The translations under genes and the position numbers were made by a program. Positions 56,456 through 64,000 of a stretch of DNA of 64,000 bases are shown here, piece by piece. The DNA is taken from the sequence record NC_021529.2. One strand, given 5' to 3'. Below the pieces are notes generated by a model. That model did no database searches. It saw nothing but the letters and a program-made list of their open reading frames with translations, and was not told the origin of the DNA. Position 1 is the first letter of the stretch. Every line of letters begins with the position of its first letter.

Positions 56456-57135
56456 CAGCTCCGATTGATATTATCATTGACTACGAAGGTCTGAACGTAA
56501 CACCAGATGCAGCAGTAATCGAACTCGGCGCTGTTGCGTTCGAGCATGATTTTGAAAAAGTGCCAAACTACCAAGAGCTTGTTCAAAACGGATTTCGTTG
56601 TAAGTTCGACATCAAGCATCAGAAAGGTCGTCGTTCAATCAACAAAGCAACTGTAGAGTGGTGGAAATCGCAGTCTGAAGAAGCAAAGGCGATTCTTATC
56701 CCGTCTGGTAGCGACGTGTCTGTTGAAGAAGGTCATCGACTGTTCATTGAATGGATCGAGAACAACACTGGTTACAACGGTAAGTCACATTTCTACTGTC
56801 GTGGTAATAACTACGATATCCCGCTAATGGCAGATTGTTTCAGAGACGTTGGTCTCCGCCATGCAATCGTTGAGCGATTCTGGAAATTCCGTGACGTGCG
56901 TACTCGTATTGAGTCATTGATGTTGCAACGTGATATGACAAAAGTGCCAGTTAAGCGCGACTTAATGCCGGGTTTCATTCACCACAACGGTATTCATGAC
57001 TGTGCGAAAGATGCAATGATGCTTATTCTAGCAGCGCGTTACGCACTTGATCTAGAAGAACTACCCGAGAAAATGGAATGTCATGAAGTCTCGGTTGACT
57101 TCACTGACGAAGAGAAAGAGGAACTTGGTCTATGA
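56452..57135 (+). CDS. dexA: exonuclease A (DEDDh)
   Basis: IIIDYE..AAVIELG, TVEWWKSQSEEA, RGNNYD, HNGIHDCAKD. Confidence 0.92.
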   Translation: MTAPIDIIIDYEGLNVTPDAAVIELGAVAFEHDFEKVPNYQELVQNGFRCKFDIKHQKGRRSINKATVEWWKSQSEEAKAILIPSGSDVSVEEGHRLFIEWIENNTGYNGKSHFYCRGNNYDIPLMADCFRDVGLRHAIVERFWKFRDVRTRIESLMLQRDMTKVPVKRDLMPGFIHHNGIHDCAKDAMMLILAARYALDLEELPEKMECHEVSVDFTDEEKEELGL

Positions 57136-57293
57136 TGATCGCAGTACATTTGCTTTCGCAAGCAAAGCCAGTTGTTCATGACAACGTAAAGAACGCTTAT
57201 ACCAAAGATGGTCTTTACTGTTTGATGATGAATGACGGCGTGGTTTACAAGTACCCACTGATCAATATTTTCCGAATTACAGAAAATATGTAA
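57132..57293 (+). CDS. unannotated 53-aa protein
   Basis: ATGA overlap with dexA; MMIAVHLLSQAKPVVHDNVKNAYTKDGLYCLMMNDGVVYKYPLINIFRITENM. Confidence 0.55.
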   Translation: MMIAVHLLSQAKPVVHDNVKNAYTKDGLYCLMMNDGVVYKYPLINIFRITENM

Positions 57294-57300
57294 AAAGTAC

Positions 57301-57361
57301 TTGCGTTGTTGATGTGACTTGTGTATTATACTCACATCAACAACGAAAAGAGAACATTATG
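57301..57361 (+). promoter_or_regulatory. early promoter embedded in a perfect 14-bp inverted repeat
   Basis: TTGCGT-N17-TATTAT; CGTTGTTGATGTGA / TCACATCAACAACG arms; AAGAGAACATTATG leader end. Confidence 0.75.
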
Positions 57362-57583
57362 AGACACACACTTGATTTCAAACATGTATGGTTTGTCGTT
57401 GAAATTAAAAAGCGAAAAATCGTTGCATTTGAAGAGCACGACATGTATGCTGGTGGTCAATTAAAACTACCGACAGATAGAAATGTCACTGAATGGGTTC
57501 GTGCTAAGATGCATGGTCGCGTTCACGGTGAAGTGATGATCGACAAGATTGACACTTTCCTAGAAGAGCATGTCGATCAATAG
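57359..57583 (+). CDS. early hypothetical protein (74 aa)
   Basis: ATG after the AGAGAACATT leader. Confidence 0.6.
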   Translation: MRHTLDFKHVWFVVEIKKRKIVAFEEHDMYAGGQLKLPTDRNVTEWVRAKMHGRVHGEVMIDKIDTFLEEHVDQ

Positions 57584-57591
57584 GTGATACT

Positions 57592-57981
57592 ATGAATCTT
57601 CATACAAATCTACATAAATGGCGACAATTCTCGTACGAGCTTAGTAACCATGCTCTTGAGAAGCAAAAAGGTCTAGTTGGTACAGTAACGTTCGTCATGA
57701 AGAAACATTTTACGCATCGCGTCATTGATAGATTCGTCCCTGGCGAATACAAAACAATCCGTCGTATGTTATATCATGTTGTAAATCAGAATATGTGTGA
57801 ATTATTATTCTGGTATTACAGTGATATTCAGAAAGATGTTGCAATTAAGCGTGATGATCTGTATATTATATTGACACGCGGTAGAGATTGTTTTTTATTA
57901 ACAACTATCTATCGTTCTGAGAGAGAAGATAACGACAAATTCTTCTTGATTGATTTGAATAAAAAATGGAGTAAAGCGTGA
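57592..57981 (+). CDS. hypothetical protein (129 aa)
   Basis: AGGTG RBS; operon context. Confidence 0.6.
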   Translation: MNLHTNLHKWRQFSYELSNHALEKQKGLVGTVTFVMKKHFTHRVIDRFVPGEYKTIRRMLYHVVNQNMCELLFWYYSDIQKDVAIKRDDLYIILTRGRDCFLLTTIYRSEREDNDKFFLIDLNKKWSKA

Positions 57982-58427
57982 AAGGTTACGTGTTTGTGAA
58001 TCGTTACTGTACTGGTATTCAAGCTGGTATTCAAGGTGCTCATGGTCTATTGCGTCTAGCACGTAATCATCAAGATGGTGATGACTTTGATCTATGGTTG
58101 AATGATCACGAGACGATTGTTATGTTGTCTGCTGCTGGTCACGAACATCTGAAAGAAATCGAAGAGCAATTGAAAGCATTCGATTGTATCGATGAAGTCG
58201 TTTCATTCCAAGAAGAAGGGTTGAATTTCGCTTATACTTCTGTTGCTTTTATCGGTAATCGTGAGTTAATGGCAGCTCAAGAAGACATGAAAGCGTGGCG
58301 TGATGATCGTCGTAAAGGTGTAGCGATTAAACGCGAAGACTTTGAAGACGAAATGTTCTTCAAATACGGCACAGAACTGTTTGAACTAGTACAATATCTA
58401 GAGGGGTTTAGATCACACAATGGCTAA
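57978..58427 (+). CDS. peptidyl-tRNA hydrolase 2 (Pth2)-like protein
   Basis: IQAGIQGAHG...W...ETIVMLS...FQEEGLNFAYTSVAF pattern. Confidence 0.5.
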   Translation: MKGYVFVNRYCTGIQAGIQGAHGLLRLARNHQDGDDFDLWLNDHETIVMLSAAGHEHLKEIEEQLKAFDCIDEVVSFQEEGLNFAYTSVAFIGNRELMAAQEDMKAWRDDRRKGVAIKREDFEDEMFFKYGTELFELVQYLEGFRSHNG

Positions 58428-58644
58428 TTTAAAACTGACTACAGCTTCACGTTTCGACGAGCTAATGACGCAAAAAGGCGTAGATGTTAAAAACAGCACA
58501 TCTGGTCCCGAGTTCATCACGACTGTTTACAAGAACGGTGAACTAATCGCTGAACGAGTTCTATACGTGTCTCAAGCTGAACACTTTGAATTGCAACTTC
58601 CTCAAGCAGTGAAATCTGCTAGAAAAGTTAGCAAACTCCCGTAA
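58420..58644 (+). CDS. hypothetical protein (74 aa)
   Basis: GAGGGG upstream; operon context. Confidence 0.55.
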   Translation: MANLKLTTASRFDELMTQKGVDVKNSTSGPEFITTVYKNGELIAERVLYVSQAEHFELQLPQAVKSARKVSKLP

Positions 58645-58680
58645 AAACTGTTTAATATATGAATTTGTGAGTGTAATATT

Positions 58681-58866
58681 ATGAAATCTAAAGGGTTTAC
58701 TCTTATTGAACTGCTTGTTGTCATCGTAATTCTTGGTATTCTAGCATCTGTTGGTGCTGGTGCGTTGGGAATTGGCGAGACAGCAACGCTGACAACAACT
58801 GATACTCAATCTGTGCAATACGAGATTGACGGTCAACTAATGCAATGTACTCCTGTGTGGGAGTAA
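58681..58866 (+). CDS. minimal type IV prepilin-like protein (class III signal peptide)
   Basis: MKSKG|FTLIELLVVIVILGILASVGAGALG: basic leader, Gly-1, Phe+1, Glu+5, hydrophobic helix. Confidence 0.85.
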   Translation: MKSKGFTLIELLVVIVILGILASVGAGALGIGETATLTTTDTQSVQYEIDGQLMQCTPVWE

Positions 58867-58883
58867 AAATAGAATGAAGGTAA

Positions 58884-59786
58884 TTGATGAATAACTACTT
58901 GCAACTATGCACTGAAATCCTCAATGAAGGTGATTTGCTTGAGAATCGTACTGGTACTAAAACTCTTAGTGTAATTTCGCGTGATCTTCGCTGGGATTTA
59001 TCGAAAGGTTTCCCGCTACTGACGACTAAGAAAATGGCAACAAAAGCTATTTTCGGTGAGCTTCTATGGTTTTTGAGTGGTTCTGGCTTGATTAGCGACT
59101 TGCGCAAATACACTGAGTTATCAGACGACGATTTCTGCATTTGGCAGCAAAATCTCGATGAGTTAAACGAGCGTGCAAAGAAAGCAGGTATTGTTAGAAA
59201 CGAAGACGATCTTGGTTATGTTTACGGTAAAGTATGGCGCAAGCGTCTATCTGTCACTGCTGACAAAGAAGTAACTGAGTTCGACCAGATTCATCAATTG
59301 CTGTGCGATATTGCAGCGGTAAAAGAAGATCCGACGCAAGGTGCGCAACGTCGTATGCTAGTAGAAGCATGGGACCCGTACTTTCATACTGAAAGCAACT
59401 CACTTGACGTAGCGTTACCGCCATGTCACTACGGCTTTCAAGTATTCGTGCGTAATGGTAAGATCAGTCTGAAATGGCAACAACGTTCAGTTGACACATT
59501 CTTGGGTCTCCCGTTCAATATCGCATCTTATGCACTATTAGTTCACATTCTTGCACAGTTAACTGGCTTGAAAGTAGGTGAATTGATTTTCTCTGGTGGT
59601 GATGTTCATCTTTACGAAGATCACGTGATTCAAGTTCTACAGCAAATACGTCGTGAACCGCGTAAGCTGCCGCAAATTGAATTGCCTGAATTTGATACGT
59701 TGTCACAACTGTTGACTAAACGTGCAAGTGATTTCGTAATTTACGACTACGACCCATACCCGGCACTGAAAGGTAAAATGTCATGA
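58884..59786 (+). CDS. td: thymidylate synthase (ThyA), no intron
   Basis: NRTG, GELLWFLSG, ALPPCH, QRSVDTFLGLPFNIASY. Confidence 0.98.
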   Translation: MMNNYLQLCTEILNEGDLLENRTGTKTLSVISRDLRWDLSKGFPLLTTKKMATKAIFGELLWFLSGSGLISDLRKYTELSDDDFCIWQQNLDELNERAKKAGIVRNEDDLGYVYGKVWRKRLSVTADKEVTEFDQIHQLLCDIAAVKEDPTQGAQRRMLVEAWDPYFHTESNSLDVALPPCHYGFQVFVRNGKISLKWQQRSVDTFLGLPFNIASYALLVHILAQLTGLKVGELIFSGGDVHLYEDHVIQVLQQIRREPRKLPQIELPEFDTLSQLLTKRASDFVIYDYDPYPALKGKMS

Positions 59787-59980
59787 TCAGTAAAACAGAT
59801 TATTTTGATTTGAAAGTAGGTACGCCAATCATTGTGATTGAGCGTATTGACACTATTGACGGCGAGCTTCTAAAGCTCCCGTTTAGTAAAGTTGTTGCAG
59901 CAGACGATCCAGAAATCGGATACGCACTAGCTGACGGCAAAATCCACTATCTTTTTGACTTTGAAATTGGGGAACGCTAA
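59783..59980 (+). CDS. hypothetical protein (65 aa)
   Basis: ATGA overlap with td. Confidence 0.55.
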   Translation: MISKTDYFDLKVGTPIIVIERIDTIDGELLKLPFSKVVAADDPEIGYALADGKIHYLFDFEIGER

Positions 59981-60270
59981 TGGCACTGCATATTTACGTA
60001 GAAGTAGACACCAACGACGGTGATTACGTTGGTACGCTGACTGCTGCATCAAGTGAAGAAATCGAACGATTTGAAACGCTTGTACACAAGTCTGGCGATA
60101 GTCTAGCAAGCTGGACAGAAGGCGAATGTCAAGAGCGCCCGAATTCAGAAGTATATCCTGAGTTCAGCGAAAATGACATTGAGTTCATTGCTGACAAAAT
60201 GCCTTACTGTGAATACGGGTTTCACACAGTTGAAGTAATTAAAATCGTGGACGTGTTGAATACATTATGA
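59980..60270 (+). CDS. acidic hypothetical protein (96 aa)
   Basis: TAATG overlap. Confidence 0.6.
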   Translation: MALHIYVEVDTNDGDYVGTLTAASSEEIERFETLVHKSGDSLASWTEGECQERPNSEVYPEFSENDIEFIADKMPYCEYGFHTVEVIKIVDVLNTL

Positions 60271-60590
60271 TTAATGAAGTACTAGAAGTAAGTAAGCGCG
60301 TCGATAACGGTCGTTGTGTTCGTGATGTATTGGCGAGCGCCGTTGAAGAGCAAGGCGAACTTGCAACTGAAGTTCGCATCAAGTACGGTACATCGTACAA
60401 AACTGCTGATGTTGATGGTATCATCGGTGAAGCGGTAGACGGCATTTTGTGTCTACTCGACTTGATTTATGTCGATAATCCAGACGTAACAGAAGCTGAA
60501 ATCATGCAAGTTGTTCGCACTAAGCTCGCCAAATGGGAGCGCAAAGAAAGCGAACATAAACTCAAACAAACTGAAGAAATGGTGAAATAA
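60267..60590 (+). CDS. MazG-like NTP pyrophosphohydrolase
   Basis: VEEQGELA...IIGEAVDGILCLLDL (EExxE...ExxD). Confidence 0.75.
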   Translation: MINEVLEVSKRVDNGRCVRDVLASAVEEQGELATEVRIKYGTSYKTADVDGIIGEAVDGILCLLDLIYVDNPDVTEAEIMQVVRTKLAKWERKESEHKLKQTEEMVK

Positions 60591-60887
60591 ATGACACAAC
60601 GTTACTCTTTTGAAGAAATTCTTGGTGAAGACTACGAAGAAAAAGATTACCTTGACTTTCTATTGGACGGTTATGGTGATTATGGCGACGCGAAATTAGT
60701 AGACCAAGACGGTGGTGGCGAAGGCGGCTCAGAATACTGTTACTCAATTATTGAGAAAGCCGGTCGATTCTTCAAGACTGAATACAGCTACTACAGCTAC
60801 CATGGTTACGACAACTACGGTGATCACTTCGTTGAAGTTTACCCAAAGAAAGTTACAATCACGCAGTACGTGAGCACTCCTCAGTAA
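60591..60887 (+). CDS. acidic hypothetical protein (98 aa)
   Basis: GGGEGGSEYC motif; operon context. Confidence 0.6.
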   Translation: MTQRYSFEEILGEDYEEKDYLDFLLDGYGDYGDAKLVDQDGGGEGGSEYCYSIIEKAGRFFKTEYSYYSYHGYDNYGDHFVEVYPKKVTITQYVSTPQ

Positions 60888-61648
60888 TGCGTATTGTTGT
60901 CGGGTCAACTGCGTTGCATCATAATGGTATTCGACTGCGTAAGACCATTAAAGATCTAGATGTATTCGTAGACTCTCCCGACTCGGCTAACGACGGGGAT
61001 GATTTCATTGTCATTCCCGTCGAAATCTTGCAGATGTTCGACGGTGAGATAGCAACTGCTGACGAAGTTTACACGATTAAGTGCAGTCATCTTGGATGGG
61101 ATGAGCATAAAGTCGGGTATAGTCAGTTTGGTGGGTCAACATTGTGGGACAAGCATAAGCGTGATGTTATCGCGCTATCACGATTCTGCAAGATTAAGCC
61201 TGAGCTATACGCAGCGTTGACCAATCACTGGCGAAGTGAACTTGGAAATAAAGATTATCTGTCATTGAACAAAGATGCAGATGATTTCTTTAATGACAAG
61301 GTTCGATACGTGTACGACCACGATGAACTACATCGAATGGTTGCTGCGCCAAATCGCCCGTTGTATGAGAAAATTCTCAAAGACGAATGTGATGTATTAG
61401 TCAGTAAAGAAAAGTTCGAACAGTTGTCATTCGAAGACAAAATCAATTTGTTTCACGAAGAAATTACAGTTATTGCCATTGAGCGTTACATCGTTCATGG
61501 TATGATGCCGTTGAATGCGTGGAATCATGCGTTGAAGAAGACAATTACGAGACTTACCAAGAACTGGGCATGTGATTTCATTTGTGCAAACATGAGTCAT
61601 TACATAAAGCCGAAATACAATTTGAATATTTTAGAAGAAAAGGGTTGA
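60887..61648 (+). CDS. putative Pol-beta-superfamily nucleotidyltransferase-like protein (253 aa)
   Basis: VVGSTAL...KDLDV signature; YDHDELH. Confidence 0.5.
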   Translation: MRIVVGSTALHHNGIRLRKTIKDLDVFVDSPDSANDGDDFIVIPVEILQMFDGEIATADEVYTIKCSHLGWDEHKVGYSQFGGSTLWDKHKRDVIALSRFCKIKPELYAALTNHWRSELGNKDYLSLNKDADDFFNDKVRYVYDHDELHRMVAAPNRPLYEKILKDECDVLVSKEKFEQLSFEDKINLFHEEITVIAIERYIVHGMMPLNAWNHALKKTITRLTKNWACDFICANMSHYIKPKYNLNILEEKG

Positions 61649-61718
61649 CAGATGTCAGCCCTTTTTTGTATTATAGCTTTATCGAAACGACATCGACTAA
61701 CAAAGAGAGAACATTATG
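61639..61718 (+). promoter_or_regulatory. terminator hairpin overlapping an early promoter, plus conserved leader (copy 3)
   Basis: AAGGGTTGACA-ga-TGTCAGCCCTTTTTT contains the -35 TTGACA; TATTAT 18 bp later; 38-nt leader identical to copy 2. Confidence 0.8.
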
Positions 61719-62045
61719 AATGACTTAACTAAATTCGACATCAGATTTTCTGAAATCAAAGTTGTTTACTCTATCGGTGCAGAACACCAAAAAGTAGCAA
61801 TGCGTATTGAAGATGGTACAATTATGTTGCATGAAGTTTTGTTCATTGATGCGAAAGGTTCATATTGTGAAACTCGTAAACTTTGGAGCACTAAAGTTGA
61901 AAAGAAATGTGCATGGCCAGGTTACGAATCAGCTCAATTAGTTGATAAAATCAAAGCAGCAGGTAAAGTGTCACTTCGTCACTGGCGTGCTGCATCTGAA
62001 GCAGATTACGAACTATTTCGTTTAACAGAAGCATTCGAGGGTTAA
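61716..62045 (+). CDS. early hypothetical protein (109 aa)
   Basis: First gene after the leader. Confidence 0.7.
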   Translation: MNDLTKFDIRFSEIKVVYSIGAEHQKVAMRIEDGTIMLHEVLFIDAKGSYCETRKLWSTKVEKKCAWPGYESAQLVDKIKAAGKVSLRHWRAASEADYELFRLTEAFEG

Positions 62046-62047
62046 TC

Positions 62048-62452
62048 ATGACTGATATTTACGAAATGTGGGAAAAGAAAATCGAACGTCTTGGCGAAAT
62101 GCACAAGAAAATCTATGACATGGGTCAGCTTGCTGCTGGTGACGAAGGCAAGTATATTTTCAAAACTGAAATGAAGCGTGAGCATCTATCACGCGAGATT
62201 TCGCATGATATTGACCACAAAGGCATAGACTTGCACCATCTTATGTACAAAGGGTTGTACGAGACGGCACGCGAATATCAAGGTGCAATCATGATTTTCT
62301 GCAAAGAAATGCCGTTGAAACAGCGCCGAGAACTTTTCGACAAGATTCGCGCCGTGTTTAACATTGATGCTTATACAGACGAAGCATGGGAAAAGGTACT
62401 CAAGCAGTTCAAAGGTTCATTGGTAGACCAGGGATTCATGTCAGGAGAATAA
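62048..62452 (+). CDS. hypothetical protein (134 aa)
   Basis: GAGGG RBS. Confidence 0.65.
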   Translation: MTDIYEMWEKKIERLGEMHKKIYDMGQLAAGDEGKYIFKTEMKREHLSREISHDIDHKGIDLHHLMYKGLYETAREYQGAIMIFCKEMPLKQRRELFDKIRAVFNIDAYTDEAWEKVLKQFKGSLVDQGFMSGE

Positions 62453-62454
62453 TT

Positions 62455-63162
62455 ATGAGCAGTTATAGTGTAAAGAAAGAAGAGTGTCAGAAACGTGGTA
62501 TCGCGTTCAATTTCACTGAAGAGCAATGGAAAACATTACAAAACATGAAAAATGGTGGTCGTTGTGCATACACGAATCATCCATTCAAGTCAGGCTGTGT
62601 GAAAATGCGTGCGACTGTTGAGAGAATCGACGAGTCAATGCCATATGAACCGACGAACTGTGTTCTTGTGACTCAACTTGCGAACAATGTAAAGTGCAAA
62701 TACATCGAGCAGAATCAGCCAATCAGCAGTGCCACACCAGAACAAGCGCACACACTGAAAACGATTAAGAAATTTCTTTCTGACAGCAAGCGTGTCAAGA
62801 GAGTCGTTCAATCATATGTTGACAAGTACAAAGGGTTGGTTATTGAAACACCAACGAGTGATTTAGACATCACTAAACTATACGTGAAATATGCGACTGA
62901 AGCACAGCGCAAAGGTAAGCACTTTGAAATCACGATAGGTGACTTCAAACGCACTGTATCGCGTAAACAGTGTCAAGTCAGTAAAGTACTACTGCCTAGC
63001 ATCAAACAGCGCGTAGTGCGCGTTATAGACGATTCTAAGCCTATTACACGTGACAACATTCAAGTAACGTCGCAGCAAATCGACGAGATCATGACTTCTA
63101 TTGAAGAATTAGACATGACACCAGCGCAGAAACGCGCATTGATGAAAAACTTGGGGGCATAA
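62455..63162 (+). CDS. Srd-like / His-Me-finger-like protein with internally duplicated domain
   Basis: KRGIAFNFTEEQW..CAYT..VERIDESMPYEPTNCVLV repeated as RKGKHFEITIGDF..CQVS..VRVIDDSKPITRDNIQVT; AGGAG RBS before ATG 62455. Confidence 0.5.
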   Translation: MSSYSVKKEECQKRGIAFNFTEEQWKTLQNMKNGGRCAYTNHPFKSGCVKMRATVERIDESMPYEPTNCVLVTQLANNVKCKYIEQNQPISSATPEQAHTLKTIKKFLSDSKRVKRVVQSYVDKYKGLVIETPTSDLDITKLYVKYATEAQRKGKHFEITIGDFKRTVSRKQCQVSKVLLPSIKQRVVRVIDDSKPITRDNIQVTSQQIDEIMTSIEELDMTPAQKRALMKNLGA

Positions 63163-63163
63163 T

Positions 63164-63418
63164 ATGGCTAAATTAGTAGAAGTTTACTCAACACCTGCAA
63201 AGAAAGTTAATATCGCTGGCGTCGAGCTAGTGGTAGAGAATCGATTCAATTACGTGACTATCGATCAATCAGGCACTGTATGGGCTTATGAAGATTCCCC
63301 TAGTCTTTGCAACGATGGTGATGGTGCGTATTGGGATGTTTGGTCTGGTGAGTCTGATGGTATTGCGCAATTCAGTGATGTGACTGAAGAAGAGTTCACT
63401 AAGTTATACGAGGTGTAA
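63164..63418 (+). CDS. hypothetical protein, tandem paralog 1 (84 aa)
   Basis: GVELVV..NYVTIDQSGTVWAYEDSP. Confidence 0.6.
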   Translation: MAKLVEVYSTPAKKVNIAGVELVVENRFNYVTIDQSGTVWAYEDSPSLCNDGDGAYWDVWSGESDGIAQFSDVTEEEFTKLYEV

Positions 63419-63419
63419 T

Positions 63420-63680
63420 GTGAGTAAATTATTAACAATGTACAAGGGTTGCATGACAGTTGTGATGGTTAGTGGTGTTCCATTAGTCGTCGATCATGAA
63501 ACTGAATACGTAACTGTAGACCGAAACGGTTATGTCACTGGGTGGACTGATCGACCATACTTCGACGAAGAAGAGCAGACGTGGTCGTGTTTTGAGCTTT
63601 ACGGTGAAGAGTGGCATTTAGCAACAATCTCAAATCCAACAAAAGAAGCAGTCGAAACGTTAATCGAGGTGTATCCATGA
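63420..63680 (+). CDS. hypothetical protein, tandem paralog 2 (86 aa)
   Basis: GVPLVV..EYVTVDRNGYVTGWTDRP. Confidence 0.6.
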   Translation: MSKLLTMYKGCMTVVMVSGVPLVVDHETEYVTVDRNGYVTGWTDRPYFDEEEQTWSCFELYGEEWHLATISNPTKEAVETLIEVYP

Positions 63681-64000
63681 ATGACATCATGCAAGAGCTT
63701 GCTAGAGAATATCGCAAATCTGATAAGCATAAGAAAGATCTACACTGTGACATCTTTCTAATCCCTTGTGACAAAGATGGTGACATTGAATCGAAATACA
63801 TCAAAGAAACACTGCTTGGGGTGTATGACGAAATCAAACGTTTCACGGGTCTTAGTCACGATGAAGTCAAAGAATGGTTTAAAGAACAGCCGTGCGATAC
63901 GTGGTTTGGTAAGAAAATCACACATGAAGAAAAAGTTTATCTTTCGTTTTACGTGCGATACGATATACCTAAGAGTATGTTAAAGACATACGACATGAAC
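63677..64000 (+). CDS. hypothetical protein, 3'-truncated by window
   Basis: ATGA overlap; frame MNDIMQELAREYRKSDKHK... is open to the window end. Confidence 0.55.
   Translation, partial: MNDIMQELAREYRKSDKHKKDLHCDIFLIPCDKDGDIESKYIKETLLGVYDEIKRFTGLSHDEVKEWFKEQPCDTWFGKKITHEEKVYLSFYVRYDIPKSMLKTYDMN

Noticed and set aside
58650-58679. GTTTAA...TAATAT as the promoter of the pilin-like gene
   Set aside because: The -10 would end 1 nt before the ATG, placing the start site inside the ORF; it may serve td or be chance. It remains a caveat for pilin expression.
47913-59786. Group I introns or inteins in nrdD and td, as in T4
   Set aside because: Both ORFs are continuous and of intron-less length.

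Overview
This is a 64-kb segment of a large lytic T4-like myovirus genome. Gene order, protein sizes and accessory genes (CCA-adding enzyme, ClpP-like protease, NrdD/G, an MshA-like pilin fragment) most resemble the KVP40/nt-1-type Vibrio phages (Schizotequatrovirus); that assignment is an inference, not a database result. From left to right the window holds: baseplate and neck genes (9-10-11, two 12 paralogs, wac, 13-15); packaging, tail and head genes (16-23); an accessory head block (cca, a foldon-bearing fibre, three Inh-like proteins, probable injected internal proteins); uvsW...uvsY; inverted 35-34; rnh-dsbA-33-59-32-frd-clpP-uvsX-40-41-grx-nrdD-nrdG; a late nuclease/UvsW.1-fusion/61.1 operon; 61-dut-dexA; td; and early hypothetical clusters. 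I saw no tRNA, rRNA, CRISPR array, integrase, transposase or intron. The most notable observations: (1) a 61-aa gene that is essentially a type IV prepilin N-terminus, a candidate pilus/T2SS mimic; (2) a duplicated non-coding module (GCGAAGC mini-hairpin, stem-loop, five 9-nt TTAG units, GTTTA-type promoter) before wac and before uvsY, which looks origin-like; (3) a late, probably capsid-packaged protein whose N-domain resembles a domain of phosphorothioation-associated methyltransferases; (4) a fibritin without a foldon, while tandem foldon motifs sit on a different fibre; (5) a late-promoter-in-loop hairpin over the start of a PD-(D/E)xK nuclease; (6) four genes (cca, rnh, 33, nrdG) each broken by exactly one missing A in an A-run, most likely homopolymer assembly errors. 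All family assignments come from motif recognition by eye and need HMM or structure confirmation.
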